Sequence record: NC_028847.1
Source of the DNA: Escherichia phage QL01
Direction: 5' to 3' (one strand)
DNA: 64,000 nt
A program made the position numbers and the translations under genes. The notes beneath the pieces are model-generated. The model saw only the letters and a list, made by a program, of their open reading frames with translations. It made no database searches and was not told the origin of the DNA. Below, one piece after another: positions 41,673 through 51,665 of the stretch (position 1 is the stretch's first letter; every line of letters starts with the position of its first letter).

Positions 41673-42956
41673 ATGGCAAAGATTAACGAATTACTGCGCG
41701 AGTCAACAACTACTTCCAGCAACTCATTGGGTCGCCCTAATCTTGTTGCTTTGACCCGTGCTACAACCAAATTGATTTACCGTGATATTATCGCCGAACA
41801 ACGTACTAGCCAGCCTATTGCTGCACTGTATGGTGTCAAATATCTTACCCCTGATAATGAATTTAGTTTCCAGACAGGTGCCTCTTATGGTGGTGAAGTT
41901 GGTTCTAAAGACCGTGAAACTATCCCAGAACTCACAGATAAGGCCCAGGCGATTGCTCAGGGTGAATATTTCAAGTACCAGAATGTGGTTTATAAGGCTC
42001 TTAAAGCAAGCCCACTCGCGTCCACTAGCGCCACAGAATTGGCTGAGGCTCTTCAAGAAGGTTTAGTGTCATTAACATGTCGTCTGGTTCCTGATGCTGC
42101 CCATACCACTAAATTTGAAGCGAGTGATGTAGAAATCTCTGATGCTGTATTCCAGGTTAATAAATGGAATGCTCCGGTTAAGACCCGTAAATTGAAGACG
42201 GCTTTGACTGTAGAATTAGCGCAGGATATGGAATCAAATGGCTTTGACGCGCCGGCGTTCTTAGAAGACCTCTTGGCTACAGTAATGGCAGATGAAATTA
42301 ATAAAGACGTTCTGCAATCTCTAATAACCGTATCCAAACGTTATAAAGTTACTGGTGTATCTGATAACGGCATCATCGATTTGTCTTATGACAGTGCTCC
42401 TGAATCTGCACGTAAACTTTATGAACTCGTTTGTGAGATGAATTCTGAAATCCAGAAAACTACTTCTTATTCTGGCACGTTTGTTGTGGCTTCAAGTCGT
42501 GTGGCTGCAATGCTTGCAGGTTCTGGCTGGTTAAAACATAAACCCGAAGATAATAATTGGCTTCCGGAAACTGCATACGGATATTTGTTGAATGGGCTGC
42601 CTCTGTTTTGTGACGTTAACAGTCCATTAGATTATGTTACCGTTGGTGTTAAAGAGAATTACGGCGGTAATGAAGTTGTCGGTTCTATTTTCTACGCTCC
42701 CTATACCGAAGGCTTAGATTTAGATGACCAAGAACACGTCGGTGCTTATAAGGTTATTGTTGACCCGGATTCATTACAACCTTCTATTTCTCTGATGGTT
42801 CGTTATGCACTATCAGCTAACCCGTACACCGTGGCTAAAGACGATAAAGAAGCTCGTGTTATCGATGCAACCAATATGGATTTAATGGCTGGGCAGAGCA
42901 ATATGTCTTATCTGGTTGGCGTTAAACTTCCGGCAATTATTTACGAGGCTGATTAA
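41673..42956 (+). CDS. 24: gp24 capsid vertex protein
   Basis: 427 aa, MAKINELLRESTTT..., near-identical in places to recalled T4 gp24. Confidence 0.9.
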   Translation: MAKINELLRESTTTSSNSLGRPNLVALTRATTKLIYRDIIAEQRTSQPIAALYGVKYLTPDNEFSFQTGASYGGEVGSKDRETIPELTDKAQAIAQGEYFKYQNVVYKALKASPLASTSATELAEALQEGLVSLTCRLVPDAAHTTKFEASDVEISDAVFQVNKWNAPVKTRKLKTALTVELAQDMESNGFDAPAFLEDLLATVMADEINKDVLQSLITVSKRYKVTGVSDNGIIDLSYDSAPESARKLYELVCEMNSEIQKTTSYSGTFVVASSRVAAMLAGSGWLKHKPEDNNWLPETAYGYLLNGLPLFCDVNSPLDYVTVGVKENYGGNEVVGSIFYAPYTEGLDLDDQEHVGAYKVIVDPDSLQPSISLMVRYALSANPYTVAKDDKEARVIDATNMDLMAGQSNMSYLVGVKLPAIIYEAD

Positions 42957-44236
42957 TGTCTAAGATTGTAGACCTAATTAAAGAATCCACATTGACGGCT
43001 GCCAGCTCGGTTGGCCGTCCTGCTCTTCTTTCATACACCCAAGCAACTAATAAACGAATCTTTAAAGCCCTAGTTGCTGAACAAAAAACAAATCAACCGG
43101 TTGCTGCTCTGTATGGGGTACGTGTACTGAATCCTGACGACAAAATGACTTATCTTGGTGGAGCAACATTTGCGGGCCAGATTGGTATGACGGAACGTGA
43201 AAATATTCCAGAATTTACTGATTCATCTACAGCTTATGCGGTCGGTGATATGTTCCAGTTTGAAAGCGTAGTGTTTAAAGTTCTAGAAGCATCTCCTTTC
43301 GCCGGAACCACAGAAACCAACCTCAGCGAAGTTATTTCTGAAGCAGTGGCAGCCGGCCATATCCGTATGGTGTCGGATGCTGCTATTACTTCTAAATTTG
43401 AACAGGGCCATCCTGAAATTGCTGAAACCGGATTCCGTATCGACAAATGGCAATCTGAAGTTAAATCACGTAAACTGAAAACTTCATTGACAGTCGAATT
43501 AGCCCAAGACCTAGAATCTAACGGGTTTAATGCTCCTAATTTCGTTGAAAATCTGCTAGGCATTCAAATGGCAGAAGAAATTAATAAGGATGTATTACAG
43601 TCATTAATTACCGTGAGCTCTCGTTTTAAAGTCCAGGGTGTTTCTGAAAAGGGTGTATTAGACCTTACCAACCCTCGCTACGATAATGCCCAGGACCGTG
43701 CTCGCACATTATATTATTATATGTGTGAGATGAACTCTGCCGTCCAACGACAGACTTCTTTTGCCGGGACTTATGCAGTAGCTAGTTCTCGTTGTGCTGC
43801 TATTCTCGCCGCCTCTGGTTGGGTTGAGAAAAAGGAAGACCAGGACGAATTGGCTTATGGTATATTAAAGAATGGCCTACCACTTTATGCTGATATGAAT
43901 AGTCCATGTGATTATGTTATTGTTGGTGTAAATGCCCAGATGGGTGAAGGACAGACGGTCGCATCTTTATATTATGCGCCTTATACGGAAGGTTTGAATG
44001 TGGTTGACGAAGAAGGTGATACTTCAGTTGGTGAATTTAAGGTTATTGTTGACCCGGAAAGCTTACAACCTACAGTAGCATTGCTTGCTCGTTATGCATT
44101 GACTGCAAACCCTTATACCGTCGCTAAGGACGATAAAGAAGCCCGCATTATTGATGGTTCTGATATGGACAAAATGGCTAATCAAAGTCAATTGAGTTCT
44201 TATCTCGGCGTAAAATTACCGCCTTTAGAAAAATAA
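42956..44236 (+). CDS. gp24 paralogue (second vertex-protein-like gene)
   Basis: 426 aa, clearly homologous to the upstream gp24 (shared blocks RKLKTxLTVELAQD, EINKDVLQSLITVS, ANPYTVAKDDKEAR) but diverged; start overlaps gp24 stop. Confidence 0.8.
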   Translation: MSKIVDLIKESTLTAASSVGRPALLSYTQATNKRIFKALVAEQKTNQPVAALYGVRVLNPDDKMTYLGGATFAGQIGMTERENIPEFTDSSTAYAVGDMFQFESVVFKVLEASPFAGTTETNLSEVISEAVAAGHIRMVSDAAITSKFEQGHPEIAETGFRIDKWQSEVKSRKLKTSLTVELAQDLESNGFNAPNFVENLLGIQMAEEINKDVLQSLITVSSRFKVQGVSEKGVLDLTNPRYDNAQDRARTLYYYMCEMNSAVQRQTSFAGTYAVASSRCAAILAASGWVEKKEDQDELAYGILKNGLPLYADMNSPCDYVIVGVNAQMGEGQTVASLYYAPYTEGLNVVDEEGDTSVGEFKVIVDPESLQPTVALLARYALTANPYTVAKDDKEARIIDGSDMDKMANQSQLSSYLGVKLPPLEK

Positions 44237-44238
44237 AA

Positions 44239-44254
44239 GGGACCGTAAGGTCCC
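44239..44254. terminator. bidirectional terminator hairpin between convergent gp24 paralogue and rnlB
   Basis: gggaccgtaaggtccc (GUAA loop) with T-runs on both strands. Confidence 0.5.
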
Positions 44255-44262
44255 TTTATCGT

Positions 44263-45270
44263 TTATTTGGATACTAGTTCAATCCATACATGTCTTAATG
44301 TTTCTTTTACGCACTCAACGAGCTGCTTTTTAACTTCAACGGGATTTTCCGCATCAGTTAATTCCAATTCTTCACGGGCGGCTTCTTCAAGGATATCCTG
44401 GACTGTCAAGCCCATCACCTTTCCGAAATCCTTCGGCGATACTTCGCCAATCTTACTGATGACATTGTTAATGCGGTTAACAGTCACATAATCGGTGAAT
44501 TGCCACATCAAATCCATATCGTCTTGGGACAATACCACTGCAACTTTAATAGGCTTATCAGACTTTTTCTTCTCGCTGAATTTAGAGTTCTTACATTTAA
44601 TCGCCACACGATTTCCGTTTGGAAGCCAGAGCGGATAACAAGGTTTTAATACGTACCCTTCAGCGGTAAATACTTCACCTTTTACTTCAGCATTCCACAC
44701 ATAGGCATTAGCTTCAATTAGCCCGACGTTATCTACCATAAAATTATAATCAGGAAGGACGGAATCTAAATCATTTGGCAATTTAATAAGGTCTTCAAAT
44801 TTACCACGTCCTAAAAGTGGAGCCAGTTTAAATCCAAAGGTCTTACAAAATGATTCCATCATATAATCATCGACATAGGTCACATCACCACTTTCGGTGG
44901 TAACAATAATGTCAAATACATAAAAATCTTTAGCACCGTAATCAACATTCTTCTGAATGCCTGTTCCAGCGAATTCACCGAAAACTTGATAAGATACAGC
45001 TGCCGAAGTTTCCATAATATCTTGTACGGCTTTAATAGAATCGGCATAGTTCTTAAGTACAATTTCATAGCCATAGAAATCTTCAGCAGGGAGGATAGGG
45101 CCAGTGCGCTTGGCGCATGTGACTGCGTCACGTTCTATGATTAAACTAAAGTTGGTTCCATGAATCTTCTCACGTGCTACCCATTCACCACCAGTCAAAC
45201 CATTAGTACGGAGTTTTTCGATAAACTTACTGTTGTAGTGGTTTTCGAGACTGCTATATTTCTTGAACAT
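44263..45270 (-). CDS. rnlB: RNA ligase 2
   Basis: 335 aa, [20 protein letters not shown]...KIHGTNFS ligase motif, matches recalled T4 Rnl2. Confidence 0.9.
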   Translation of the reverse strand: MFKKYSSLENHYNSKFIEKLRTNGLTGGEWVAREKIHGTNFSLIIERDAVTCAKRTGPILPAEDFYGYEIVLKNYADSIKAVQDIMETSAAVSYQVFGEFAGTGIQKNVDYGAKDFYVFDIIVTTESGDVTYVDDYMMESFCKTFGFKLAPLLGRGKFEDLIKLPNDLDSVLPDYNFMVDNVGLIEANAYVWNAEVKGEVFTAEGYVLKPCYPLWLPNGNRVAIKCKNSKFSEKKKSDKPIKVAVVLSQDDMDLMWQFTDYVTVNRINNVISKIGEVSPKDFGKVMGLTVQDILEEAAREELELTDAENPVEVKKQLVECVKETLRHVWIELVSK

Positions 45271-45384
45271 AAATCACCATAATAAATATAATTAAATAGA
45301 AGAGCTAGTAGTCTTCTGTCACCAAGCCAAATGGTTTAACGGAAGGACCTAGACCCATTATATCACACCTAAATTTAAAGCATA

Positions 45385-45633
45385 TTACTTTGAACTAGAA
45401 CGCGCTTTGCGCCGAACCTTGTTGTTCAATCTTTTACGATAAACAACCTTTTCTTTCGCTTTAAATTTGGCCTTGGCTTGTTCTACATCAACCCATGCTT
45501 TGGCCATGTCCTTAGCGGTCCCGCCCATTTTTTTAGCAATTTCTATAAAATTCAACCCAGATTCGTGTAAAAAATGTACTTTAACCTTATCCATAACAAT
45601 TCTCTCGTTGAGTTGGTAAACCCATCTTAACAT
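45385..45633 (-). CDS. hypothetical small basic protein, possibly DNA-binding (true start may be internal)
   Basis: 82 aa ORF with helix-turn-helix-like segment and Lys/Arg-rich tail. Confidence 0.4.
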   Translation of the reverse strand: MLRWVYQLNERIVMDKVKVHFLHESGLNFIEIAKKMGGTAKDMAKAWVDVEQAKAKFKAKEKVVYRKRLNNKVRRKARSSSK

Positions 45634-45697
45634 AGAATTTTTAACTTGTAAACAGGAATTTTGTACTTTAATGCAAAATGGGCCTTGCGGCCCATTA

Positions 45698-46546
45698 TTA
45701 ATAAATGTAATCGTATATAATACCAGCTTCTAAAGCGGTGCGATGAATAATTCGACCATTACGAGATTCTTGTACATCAACCTCTGAATAGTCGGTAATC
45801 ATTTTTTGAAGTGTATATCGGTGCAAATAATACGGGCTATCCGGGTCATCTGTTTTCCAGTCTTTGCCTTCAAGAGTCATTTTCTGGATTTCATCCATAA
45901 CCCACCAACCAACCCAAATATATGCTGAATTACGAACAGGGAGTGGATGAACGTAAGGTAATTCGCCATCCAGAACCGGTGCGACTTTAGCCGTGACTGT
46001 TACATTACCGGTTTTTGTGACAGTCGCCGGGTTATAATCAGTCGCCGAAACCACAACAGAAACTTCAATAACCTGTGAACCTTCAGTGCTTGTATCGATT
46101 GCTAGAGTATCCGTGGTGCCAACTACAGGAGAACCGTCTTTCTTCCAAGAATAGGCAAAAGTAGCACCAGCAGGAGCGCCGACCACATCCGCTTTAAAAG
46201 AAGCTGGAGTGCCTTCCGGAACATTAATCGAAGCTGGGGTTAATGTCACAGAAACACCAGTCATAGTTTTATTCTGGATAGTTAAAGTCGTCTCAGCTTC
46301 AGCAGTTTCCGGTTCGCCGTCCGCTGGTGTAGTTGTTGCAACAACTTTAATAGTCTTGCTGCCTGCTGGACCAACAGCAACATAATCCATTGCAGCAGTC
46401 ACAGAAGATTGAGGAACGCCATCAACAGTCCAGACAAATGATTCAGTACCTTCAGCTGCAGCACCGGAACCGGTCGCAGTGAAATTGGTTGTTGCTCCAA
46501 TAACGGCCGTAGCCGCCGAAGGAGAAATATCTACGGTATAAGCCAT
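45698..46546 (-). CDS. hoc: Hoc-like outer capsid protein with Ig-like domains
   Basis: 282 aa, Thr/Val/Gly-rich beta-domain repeats; position between rnlB and inh as in T4. Confidence 0.65.
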   Translation of the reverse strand: MAYTVDISPSAATAVIGATTNFTATGSGAAAEGTESFVWTVDGVPQSSVTAAMDYVAVGPAGSKTIKVVATTTPADGEPETAEAETTLTIQNKTMTGVSVTLTPASINVPEGTPASFKADVVGAPAGATFAYSWKKDGSPVVGTTDTLAIDTSTEGSQVIEVSVVVSATDYNPATVTKTGNVTVTAKVAPVLDGELPYVHPLPVRNSAYIWVGWWVMDEIQKMTLEGKDWKTDDPDSPYYLHRYTLQKMITDYSEVDVQESRNGRIIHRTALEAGIIYDYIY

Positions 46547-46555
46547 AATAAACCC

Positions 46556-47227
46556 TTATTTTAAAGTGACAAAAGATGAGTTACGAGTTTCTCGTACTAG
46601 AACAGACCCATTACGATTGATGTAATAAATCAAGCTGAATAGTGTTTGGTGTGCGGTAGGATGTTGGAAACTGGTTGGACGTTCTTTCCAATCCGGAGTC
46701 TCAGAAATCCATTGGTAAATCCACCAAGGAACGGTGCAATAACCTGGGTTCTTACCGATAAGCAAAAGATTAGGACTGAAGTTTTCAGGTAAAGAGAATA
46801 CAGGTTTTTCAGATTCAACAACCTTGGCTATAGCCCCTTTGAATTTCTCTTCGTCAAATGGAACATCCTCTTCGATAATCTCTACCTTAGGAAGTTCGGC
46901 TACCTCAACGACTTCTACTGCAGCCTCAGGGGCATCGAACAACAGGGTGGCTTCTTCTTTAGCTGGTTCAGCACCATCAACAAATTCGTTAGCACCTGTA
47001 AGTTCGTCGGCAGCATCAATCAAATCAGAAATGGACAACCCTTCGGTTTCTGGGAGTGGTTCGTCAGCCAAGGCTTTAAGGCCTTCAGAGATATCGATAA
47101 TCAAATTATCAAACGAACGGGTTTTCTTAAGTTTTAAACCGAACTGTTCGCCGTATTCGATTAACTTAGCTTTAGCTTCTTTTTTATCTTCGAGTGCACG
47201 AAGCTCTTCAATATATTGAGTATCCAT
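46556..47227 (-). CDS. inh: Inh-like protein (inhibitor of prohead protease)
   Basis: 223 aa, acidic; position between hoc and uvsW as in T4 (synteny only). Confidence 0.5.
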   Translation of the reverse strand: MDTQYIEELRALEDKKEAKAKLIEYGEQFGLKLKKTRSFDNLIIDISEGLKALADEPLPETEGLSISDLIDAADELTGANEFVDGAEPAKEEATLLFDAPEAAVEVVEVAELPKVEIIEEDVPFDEEKFKGAIAKVVESEKPVFSLPENFSPNLLLIGKNPGYCTVPWWIYQWISETPDWKERPTSFQHPTAHQTLFSLIYYINRNGSVLVRETRNSSFVTLK

Positions 47228-47246
47228 AATTAGTCTCTTGTTGGTG

Positions 47247-47254
47247 TATAAATA
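47247..47254 (+). promoter_or_regulatory. late promoter TATAAATA for uvsW
   Basis: exact TATAAATA about 28 nt upstream of uvsW ATG. Confidence 0.5.
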
Positions 47255-47260
47255 TAACTA

Positions 47261-47268
47261 TATTTATA
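47261..47268 (-). promoter_or_regulatory. late promoter TATAAATA for inh (divergent)
   Basis: exact TATAAATA on minus strand about 34 nt upstream of inh ATG. Confidence 0.5.
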
Positions 47269-47282
47269 ACTGAGAATTACTT

Positions 47283-48779
47283 ATGCAAATTCAAGTACAT
47301 TTTGATAATTTTAGTCATGTCCGTATTGAATGCGATGAATCTACATTCTACGAACTCAGAGACTATTTTAGCTTTGAAGCTGATGGATATAAATTCAACC
47401 CTAAATTTCGTTATGGTCAATGGGACGGACGTATTCGCCTTCTGGATTACAACCGTAAACTTCCTTATGGATTGGTCCCTCAAATTAAAAAGTTCGCTGA
47501 ACAATTTGAATACTCTCTGTGGATTGACCCACGTATTCTTGAACAGGAAGATATTTCTCGTGAAGATTTTGATTCATGGGTGGCTTCTCAAGAAATTTAT
47601 TCAGGGTCTACCAAGATTGAGCCTCATTGGTATCAGAATGAAGCCGTATACAACGGCCTGACAAAACGTCGCGCAATTCTGAATTTACCTACATCTGCAG
47701 GTAAATCATTAATCCAGGCACTCCTGAGTCGATATTACGTTGAGAACTATGAAGGTAAAATCCTCATCTTAGTTCCTACTACTGCACTTGTCGACCAGAT
47801 GATTAACGACTTCATCGATTATCGTCTGTTCCCTAAAGCCGCAATGCTTGGTATTCGTTCAGGTACTGCTCGTGATTCCGATGCAATGATTTATGTTTCA
47901 ACTTATCAAACCGCTATCAAGCAACCTAAAGAATGGTTTGCTCAGTTCGGTATGTTTATGAACGACGAATGCCATTTGGCTACAGGTAAATCTATTTCTA
48001 CTATCATCGAAGGCCTAACCAACTGTATGTTTAAATTCGGTTTGTCTGGTTCTTTAAAAGATGGTAAAGCTAATTTAATGCAATATATGGGTTTGTTTGG
48101 TGATGTGTTTAAGCCAGTATCCACCTCCCAGTTAATGGAAGAAGGACAGGTTACTGACCTTAAAATCAACAGTATTTTCCTTCGATACCCAGACGAATTC
48201 ACGGTTAAAATGAAAGGTAAAGATTACCAATCAGAAATCAAGGTCATTACTAAGGCTACTCGTCGTAATAAATGGGTTGCTAATTTAGCTGTTAAACTCG
48301 CTAAGAAAGAAGAGAACGTATTCCTGATGTTTAAAAACATCGAACACGGTAAAACTCTTTTTGAAATGGTTAAAGAGCAACATAAAGAAGTTTATTACGT
48401 ATCAGGTGAAGTTAATACCGAAACGCGTAATGCTCTGAAAGTAATGGCGGAAAATGGTAAGGGTATTATTGTTGTGGCAAGTTATGGTGTGTTCTCTACT
48501 GGTATTTCCGTTAAGAACCTTCACCACGTTGTATTTGCCCATCCAGTAAAATCTAAAATCATTGTACTCCAGACAATTGGTCGTGTACTCCGTAAACATG
48601 CCTCTAAATCAACAGCACAGGTGTGGGATATCATCGACGACATGGGTGTTAAGCCTAAATCAGCTACGGCTAAAAAGAAATATGTTCATTTGAACTATGC
48701 CCTCAAACACGCTTTAGAACGTATTCAACGTTATGCTGATGAGAAATTTAATTACGTAATGAAACAGGTGGATTTATGA
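47283..48779 (+). CDS. uvsW: UvsW RNA-DNA and DNA-DNA helicase
   Basis: 498 aa with Walker A LPTSAGKS and DECH box. Confidence 0.85.
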   Translation: MQIQVHFDNFSHVRIECDESTFYELRDYFSFEADGYKFNPKFRYGQWDGRIRLLDYNRKLPYGLVPQIKKFAEQFEYSLWIDPRILEQEDISREDFDSWVASQEIYSGSTKIEPHWYQNEAVYNGLTKRRAILNLPTSAGKSLIQALLSRYYVENYEGKILILVPTTALVDQMINDFIDYRLFPKAAMLGIRSGTARDSDAMIYVSTYQTAIKQPKEWFAQFGMFMNDECHLATGKSISTIIEGLTNCMFKFGLSGSLKDGKANLMQYMGLFGDVFKPVSTSQLMEEGQVTDLKINSIFLRYPDEFTVKMKGKDYQSEIKVITKATRRNKWVANLAVKLAKKEENVFLMFKNIEHGKTLFEMVKEQHKEVYYVSGEVNTETRNALKVMAENGKGIIVVASYGVFSTGISVKNLHHVVFAHPVKSKIIVLQTIGRVLRKHASKSTAQVWDIIDDMGVKPKSATAKKKYVHLNYALKHALERIQRYADEKFNYVMKQVDL

Positions 48780-49003
48780 AAACCTTTAAAGAAGTTATTC
48801 AAGAAGCATCTATTGAAAGCTTCATGGCTAAAATTGGTTCTTGTCAGACTATGGATGGTCTGAAGGAATTGGAAAAGTATTACAAAACTCGTAGTAAGGA
48901 AGCCGAACTTCGTGATTCGGATGATATTAGCGTGCGTGATGCATTGGCTGGTAAGAGAGCTGAATTGGAGTCGATGGACGACGAGGAAGAGGAAGATTTC
49001 TAA
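48776..49003 (+). CDS. uvsW.1: UvsW.1-like small acidic protein
   Basis: 75 aa immediately after uvsW, overlapping its stop. Confidence 0.6.
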   Translation: MKTFKEVIQEASIESFMAKIGSCQTMDGLKELEKYYKTRSKEAELRDSDDISVRDALAGKRAELESMDDEEEEDF

Positions 49004-49011
49004 ACAAAAAA

Positions 49012-49033
49012 GGCCCAACCTTTCGGAAGGGCC
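49012..49033 (-). terminator. intrinsic terminator, copy 3 of the repeated hairpin
   Basis: ggcccaacctttcggaagggcc with A-run 49005-49011 (U-run on minus). Confidence 0.45.
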
Positions 49034-49062
49034 AATAACCATAAATGGCTATACACACTAGA

Positions 49063-49230
49063 CTAAAGTAGTAATTGGGTTTCGTTCAGCTGTTCTTCAG
49101 TGTTTTCCGTAACCGGCAAGCTTTGAACGTAATTATAGCATGAGCCCGGATGAACCGGACCTTTTTCTGTTTCAACAACCAATGCAGCATCGATTGGAGT
49201 TTTACAGACAACGCAAATCTTATCTGACAT
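49063..49230 (-). CDS. small CxxC protein (not in ORF track, under 60 aa)
   Basis: hand translation MSDKICVVCKTPIDAALVVETEKGPVHPGSCYNYVQ...; GGAGA RBS upstream; downstream of uvsY. Confidence 0.4.
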   Translation of the reverse strand: MSDKICVVCKTPIDAALVVETEKGPVHPGSCYNYVQSLPVTENTEEQLNETQLLL

Positions 49231-49356
49231 GATTGTCTCCTTAGTTTAACTTACATACCTATTTATTACTTGCTAAAGCAGCATTAATGAATTCTTGGAG
49301 AAGTTTCATCTTATCGGCATCTACTTTAATGGGTTTGGTATTTTTAGTACGTCTCA

Positions 49357-49791
49357 TTATTTACCCGCCTCAAATTGTCTCATCTCATGCATGGTCTTAA
49401 GGTTAAAACCACGCGCCTTAATAGCATCAAGTGCTGAACTACAAAAGTCTTGTAATAAAGCCCAATACTGAATTGATGTGTCGATTTTAATTACACTAGA
49501 ATCCGCAGCCATAACGGTCTTTAATTCAGATTTCTCATATTGGTCCATACAAACCTCATCACCAGGCTCTCCACGTCCCGTGTAGAAATCTAATCGCTTC
49601 TTAAGTGAGGTCTTTTTCTGGATTTCTAATCTCATTATTTCTTTCTTACAATTCGTATACAGCCTTAGCCATTTGCTGTGCAGCAAAACGTTGTTCTGTA
49701 CTTCATATTGTAAACGAGTTCCATCAATCTTTAAATCCTCGTCTAATGCGTCCTGGAATGATTCTAACTTATATTCAATCTCTTTACTCAT
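49357..49791 (-). CDS. uvsY: UvsY recombination mediator
   Basis: ORF 49357..49824 trimmed to internal ATG; matches recalled T4 UvsY (RLQYEVQNNVLLHSKWL, MRQFEAGK C-terminus). Confidence 0.85.
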   Translation of the reverse strand: MSKEIEYKLESFQDALDEDLKIDGTRLQYEVQNNVLLHSKWLRLYTNCKKEIMRLEIQKKTSLKKRLDFYTGRGEPGDEVCMDQYEKSELKTVMAADSSVIKIDTSIQYWALLQDFCSSALDAIKARGFNLKTMHEMRQFEAGK

Positions 49792-49849
49792 CGCATGTTT
49801 CCTGTGTAATAACCATAGGACCATTATACACTATTCATTTGAACAGCAA

Positions 49850-50239
49850 TTAACCACTCTGTGAGAGCTGGATTCTAATTTGCTCTAATGTATCTGGGTC
49901 ATCAACGATACTAAACTGAACGGTCACGATAATCGAGTTATCATCGTACACAGGTGTCACACCTACAGCTAGAGCAGAAATTCTGGGTTCGAAGTTCCGC
50001 ACTGCGGAAACTATATTACGCTTAATGGTATCCGTGATTAATGGAGTAATATTCTCAAACAATTGGTTGCTGATGTCACAACCGAATTCAGGCATAAAAG
50101 GGCGCGAACCCTTGCGAGTAGTAATAATGCCTAACAAACTATTTTTTACTGCGCGAGCACCTGTAGCTTTAGCGACGTCTCTATTCCAAGACGTCCTCAT
50201 TTCAGGGTCTAAATCTGAATACATTTTATTGATATTCAT
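49850..50239 (-). CDS. 25: gp25 baseplate wedge protein
   Basis: 129 aa, MNINKMYSDLDPEM...GIITTRKGSRPF, matches recalled T4 gp25. Confidence 0.85.
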   Translation of the reverse strand: MNINKMYSDLDPEMRTSWNRDVAKATGARAVKNSLLGIITTRKGSRPFMPEFGCDISNQLFENITPLITDTIKRNIVSAVRNFEPRISALAVGVTPVYDDNSIIVTVQFSIVDDPDTLEQIRIQLSQSG

Positions 50240-50862
50240 TACATCACCTTAAAGAACTCTTTAAGTCCCTCAATAACGTGGACGGTGTGTTCACCACATT
50301 CACAAGAAATAGGTATAGCCAAAATAGGCTTAGGGGCGACTAGTGCATCATAAACTTCTTTTATATCTTTTTCTGTTATCACAGAATAAAGGTCATCAAG
50401 TTCCGCATCGCTTAAATCGGAAAGAAAAAGCTTTTCACCTGCAGAAGTTAAAATATAATCGATACACCCGGCGACCATCATAGCTCTATTTTTATCTTCA
50501 AAGAGTTTAGGATATCTGAAAACAATTTTAAAGTTGCCAAAGTCTTTAATAACATCCGGCTCTTTACCCAATGTTGCTCGAGTTAGTGTCATAGGGACAA
50601 CCTGTGAGCGACCACAACTACAACTCCACTCACGTTCTATATTCACTTCAGCTAATGAATGGGCCCACAGGTTTATCACCAGGAGCTCAGATTCTTGCTT
50701 GTTTAAATCACGGGCATCTGTGCAATTCGAAATGAGTTCATTGATAAAGGACTCTATTCTGCCTTCTAATTTAGCTTGGAGCAAGTCCTTATATTCTCTG
50801 AGGGTAAATGCTCTGCATTTTATGGTTTTGTTTTTAATTTTTACGTCAAAAGTATAATTCAT
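50239..50862 (-). CDS. 26: gp26 baseplate hub protein
   Basis: 207 aa, synteny and size. Confidence 0.75.
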   Translation of the reverse strand: MNYTFDVKIKNKTIKCRAFTLREYKDLLQAKLEGRIESFINELISNCTDARDLNKQESELLVINLWAHSLAEVNIEREWSCSCGRSQVVPMTLTRATLGKEPDVIKDFGNFKIVFRYPKLFEDKNRAMMVAGCIDYILTSAGEKLFLSDLSDAELDDLYSVITEKDIKEVYDALVAPKPILAIPISCECGEHTVHVIEGLKEFFKVM

Positions 50863-50880
50863 TGTCTTCTCCTTTAAGCT

Positions 50881-50888
50881 TATTTATA
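50881..50888 (-). promoter_or_regulatory. late promoter TATAAATA for gp26
   Basis: exact TATAAATA on minus strand overlapping the plus-strand one by 4 nt. Confidence 0.5.
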
Positions 50889-50892
50889 AATA
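50885..50892 (+). promoter_or_regulatory. late promoter TATAAATA for gp51
   Basis: exact TATAAATA about 21 nt upstream of ATG at 50913. Confidence 0.5.
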
Positions 50893-50912
50893 CATCAATA
50901 AGAGGACACCCT

Positions 50913-51665
50913 ATGGCTAATATAGTACGTTGTGAAATGCCTGATGGAGTCCACCGATTTAAACCTTTTACAGTAGCTGATTATCGTGATTTTATTTTGA
51001 TTCGAAATGACATGAATAATAAATCGCCTGAAGAGCAAAAACAAATTTTAGATGAGTTACTGGAAGAATACTTCGGTGAATATCCTATGTCATGGCGCCC
51101 ATATATGTTCATTGAACTTTATACGTCATCACTCGGCAAGACCAAAATTCCTATCCGATACACTTGTAGTAAGTGTGAAAAGGATAGACAAGTTTTATTC
51201 AATTTGAAACAGACCAAGTTAGATAATCCCACAATTGAAGTGGCCGGCTTGAAGCTAACATTCAAATTTCCGGAAATAGAATATCAAGACAAATCCGAAT
51301 TGATTCTGAACACCCTCCAAACCGTGGAAGATGAAAACGGGAAATATAATTGGACTGACCTTTCTGAAGAAGACCAATTAGCCGTAATAGATGCTATAGA
51401 CTTATCCACTTTAGAGGATATAGTCAAACAAACTAGCCCTATTAATTTTGAACTAAAATATGGATGCTGTAATCGTAGAACAATTACGTATACCGATATT
51501 TTAGAGGTGTTTAAGCTTATAGTCAACCCGGATGAGATATTTTTATTTTACCAAATAAACCATTTATTGGTAAAGAACAATTATTCATTAGAAAGCATTA
51601 TGCAGATGATTCCAATCGAACGCGGTATTGCTTTGTCTTTGGTTGAAAAGGACCTTAAGAAATGA
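50913..51665 (+). CDS. 51: gp51 baseplate hub assembly protein
   Basis: ORF 50862..51665 trimmed to ATG with AAGAGGA RBS; 250 aa (T4 gp51 249 aa). Confidence 0.7.
   Translation: MANIVRCEMPDGVHRFKPFTVADYRDFILIRNDMNNKSPEEQKQILDELLEEYFGEYPMSWRPYMFIELYTSSLGKTKIPIRYTCSKCEKDRQVLFNLKQTKLDNPTIEVAGLKLTFKFPEIEYQDKSELILNTLQTVEDENGKYNWTDLSEEDQLAVIDAIDLSTLEDIVKQTSPINFELKYGCCNRRTITYTDILEVFKLIVNPDEIFLFYQINHLLVKNNYSLESIMQMIPIERGIALSLVEKDLKK

Noticed and set aside
46824-47219. 131-aa plus-strand ORF inside inh
   Set aside because: Ser/Ala-rich antisense artefact of the acidic inh coding region.
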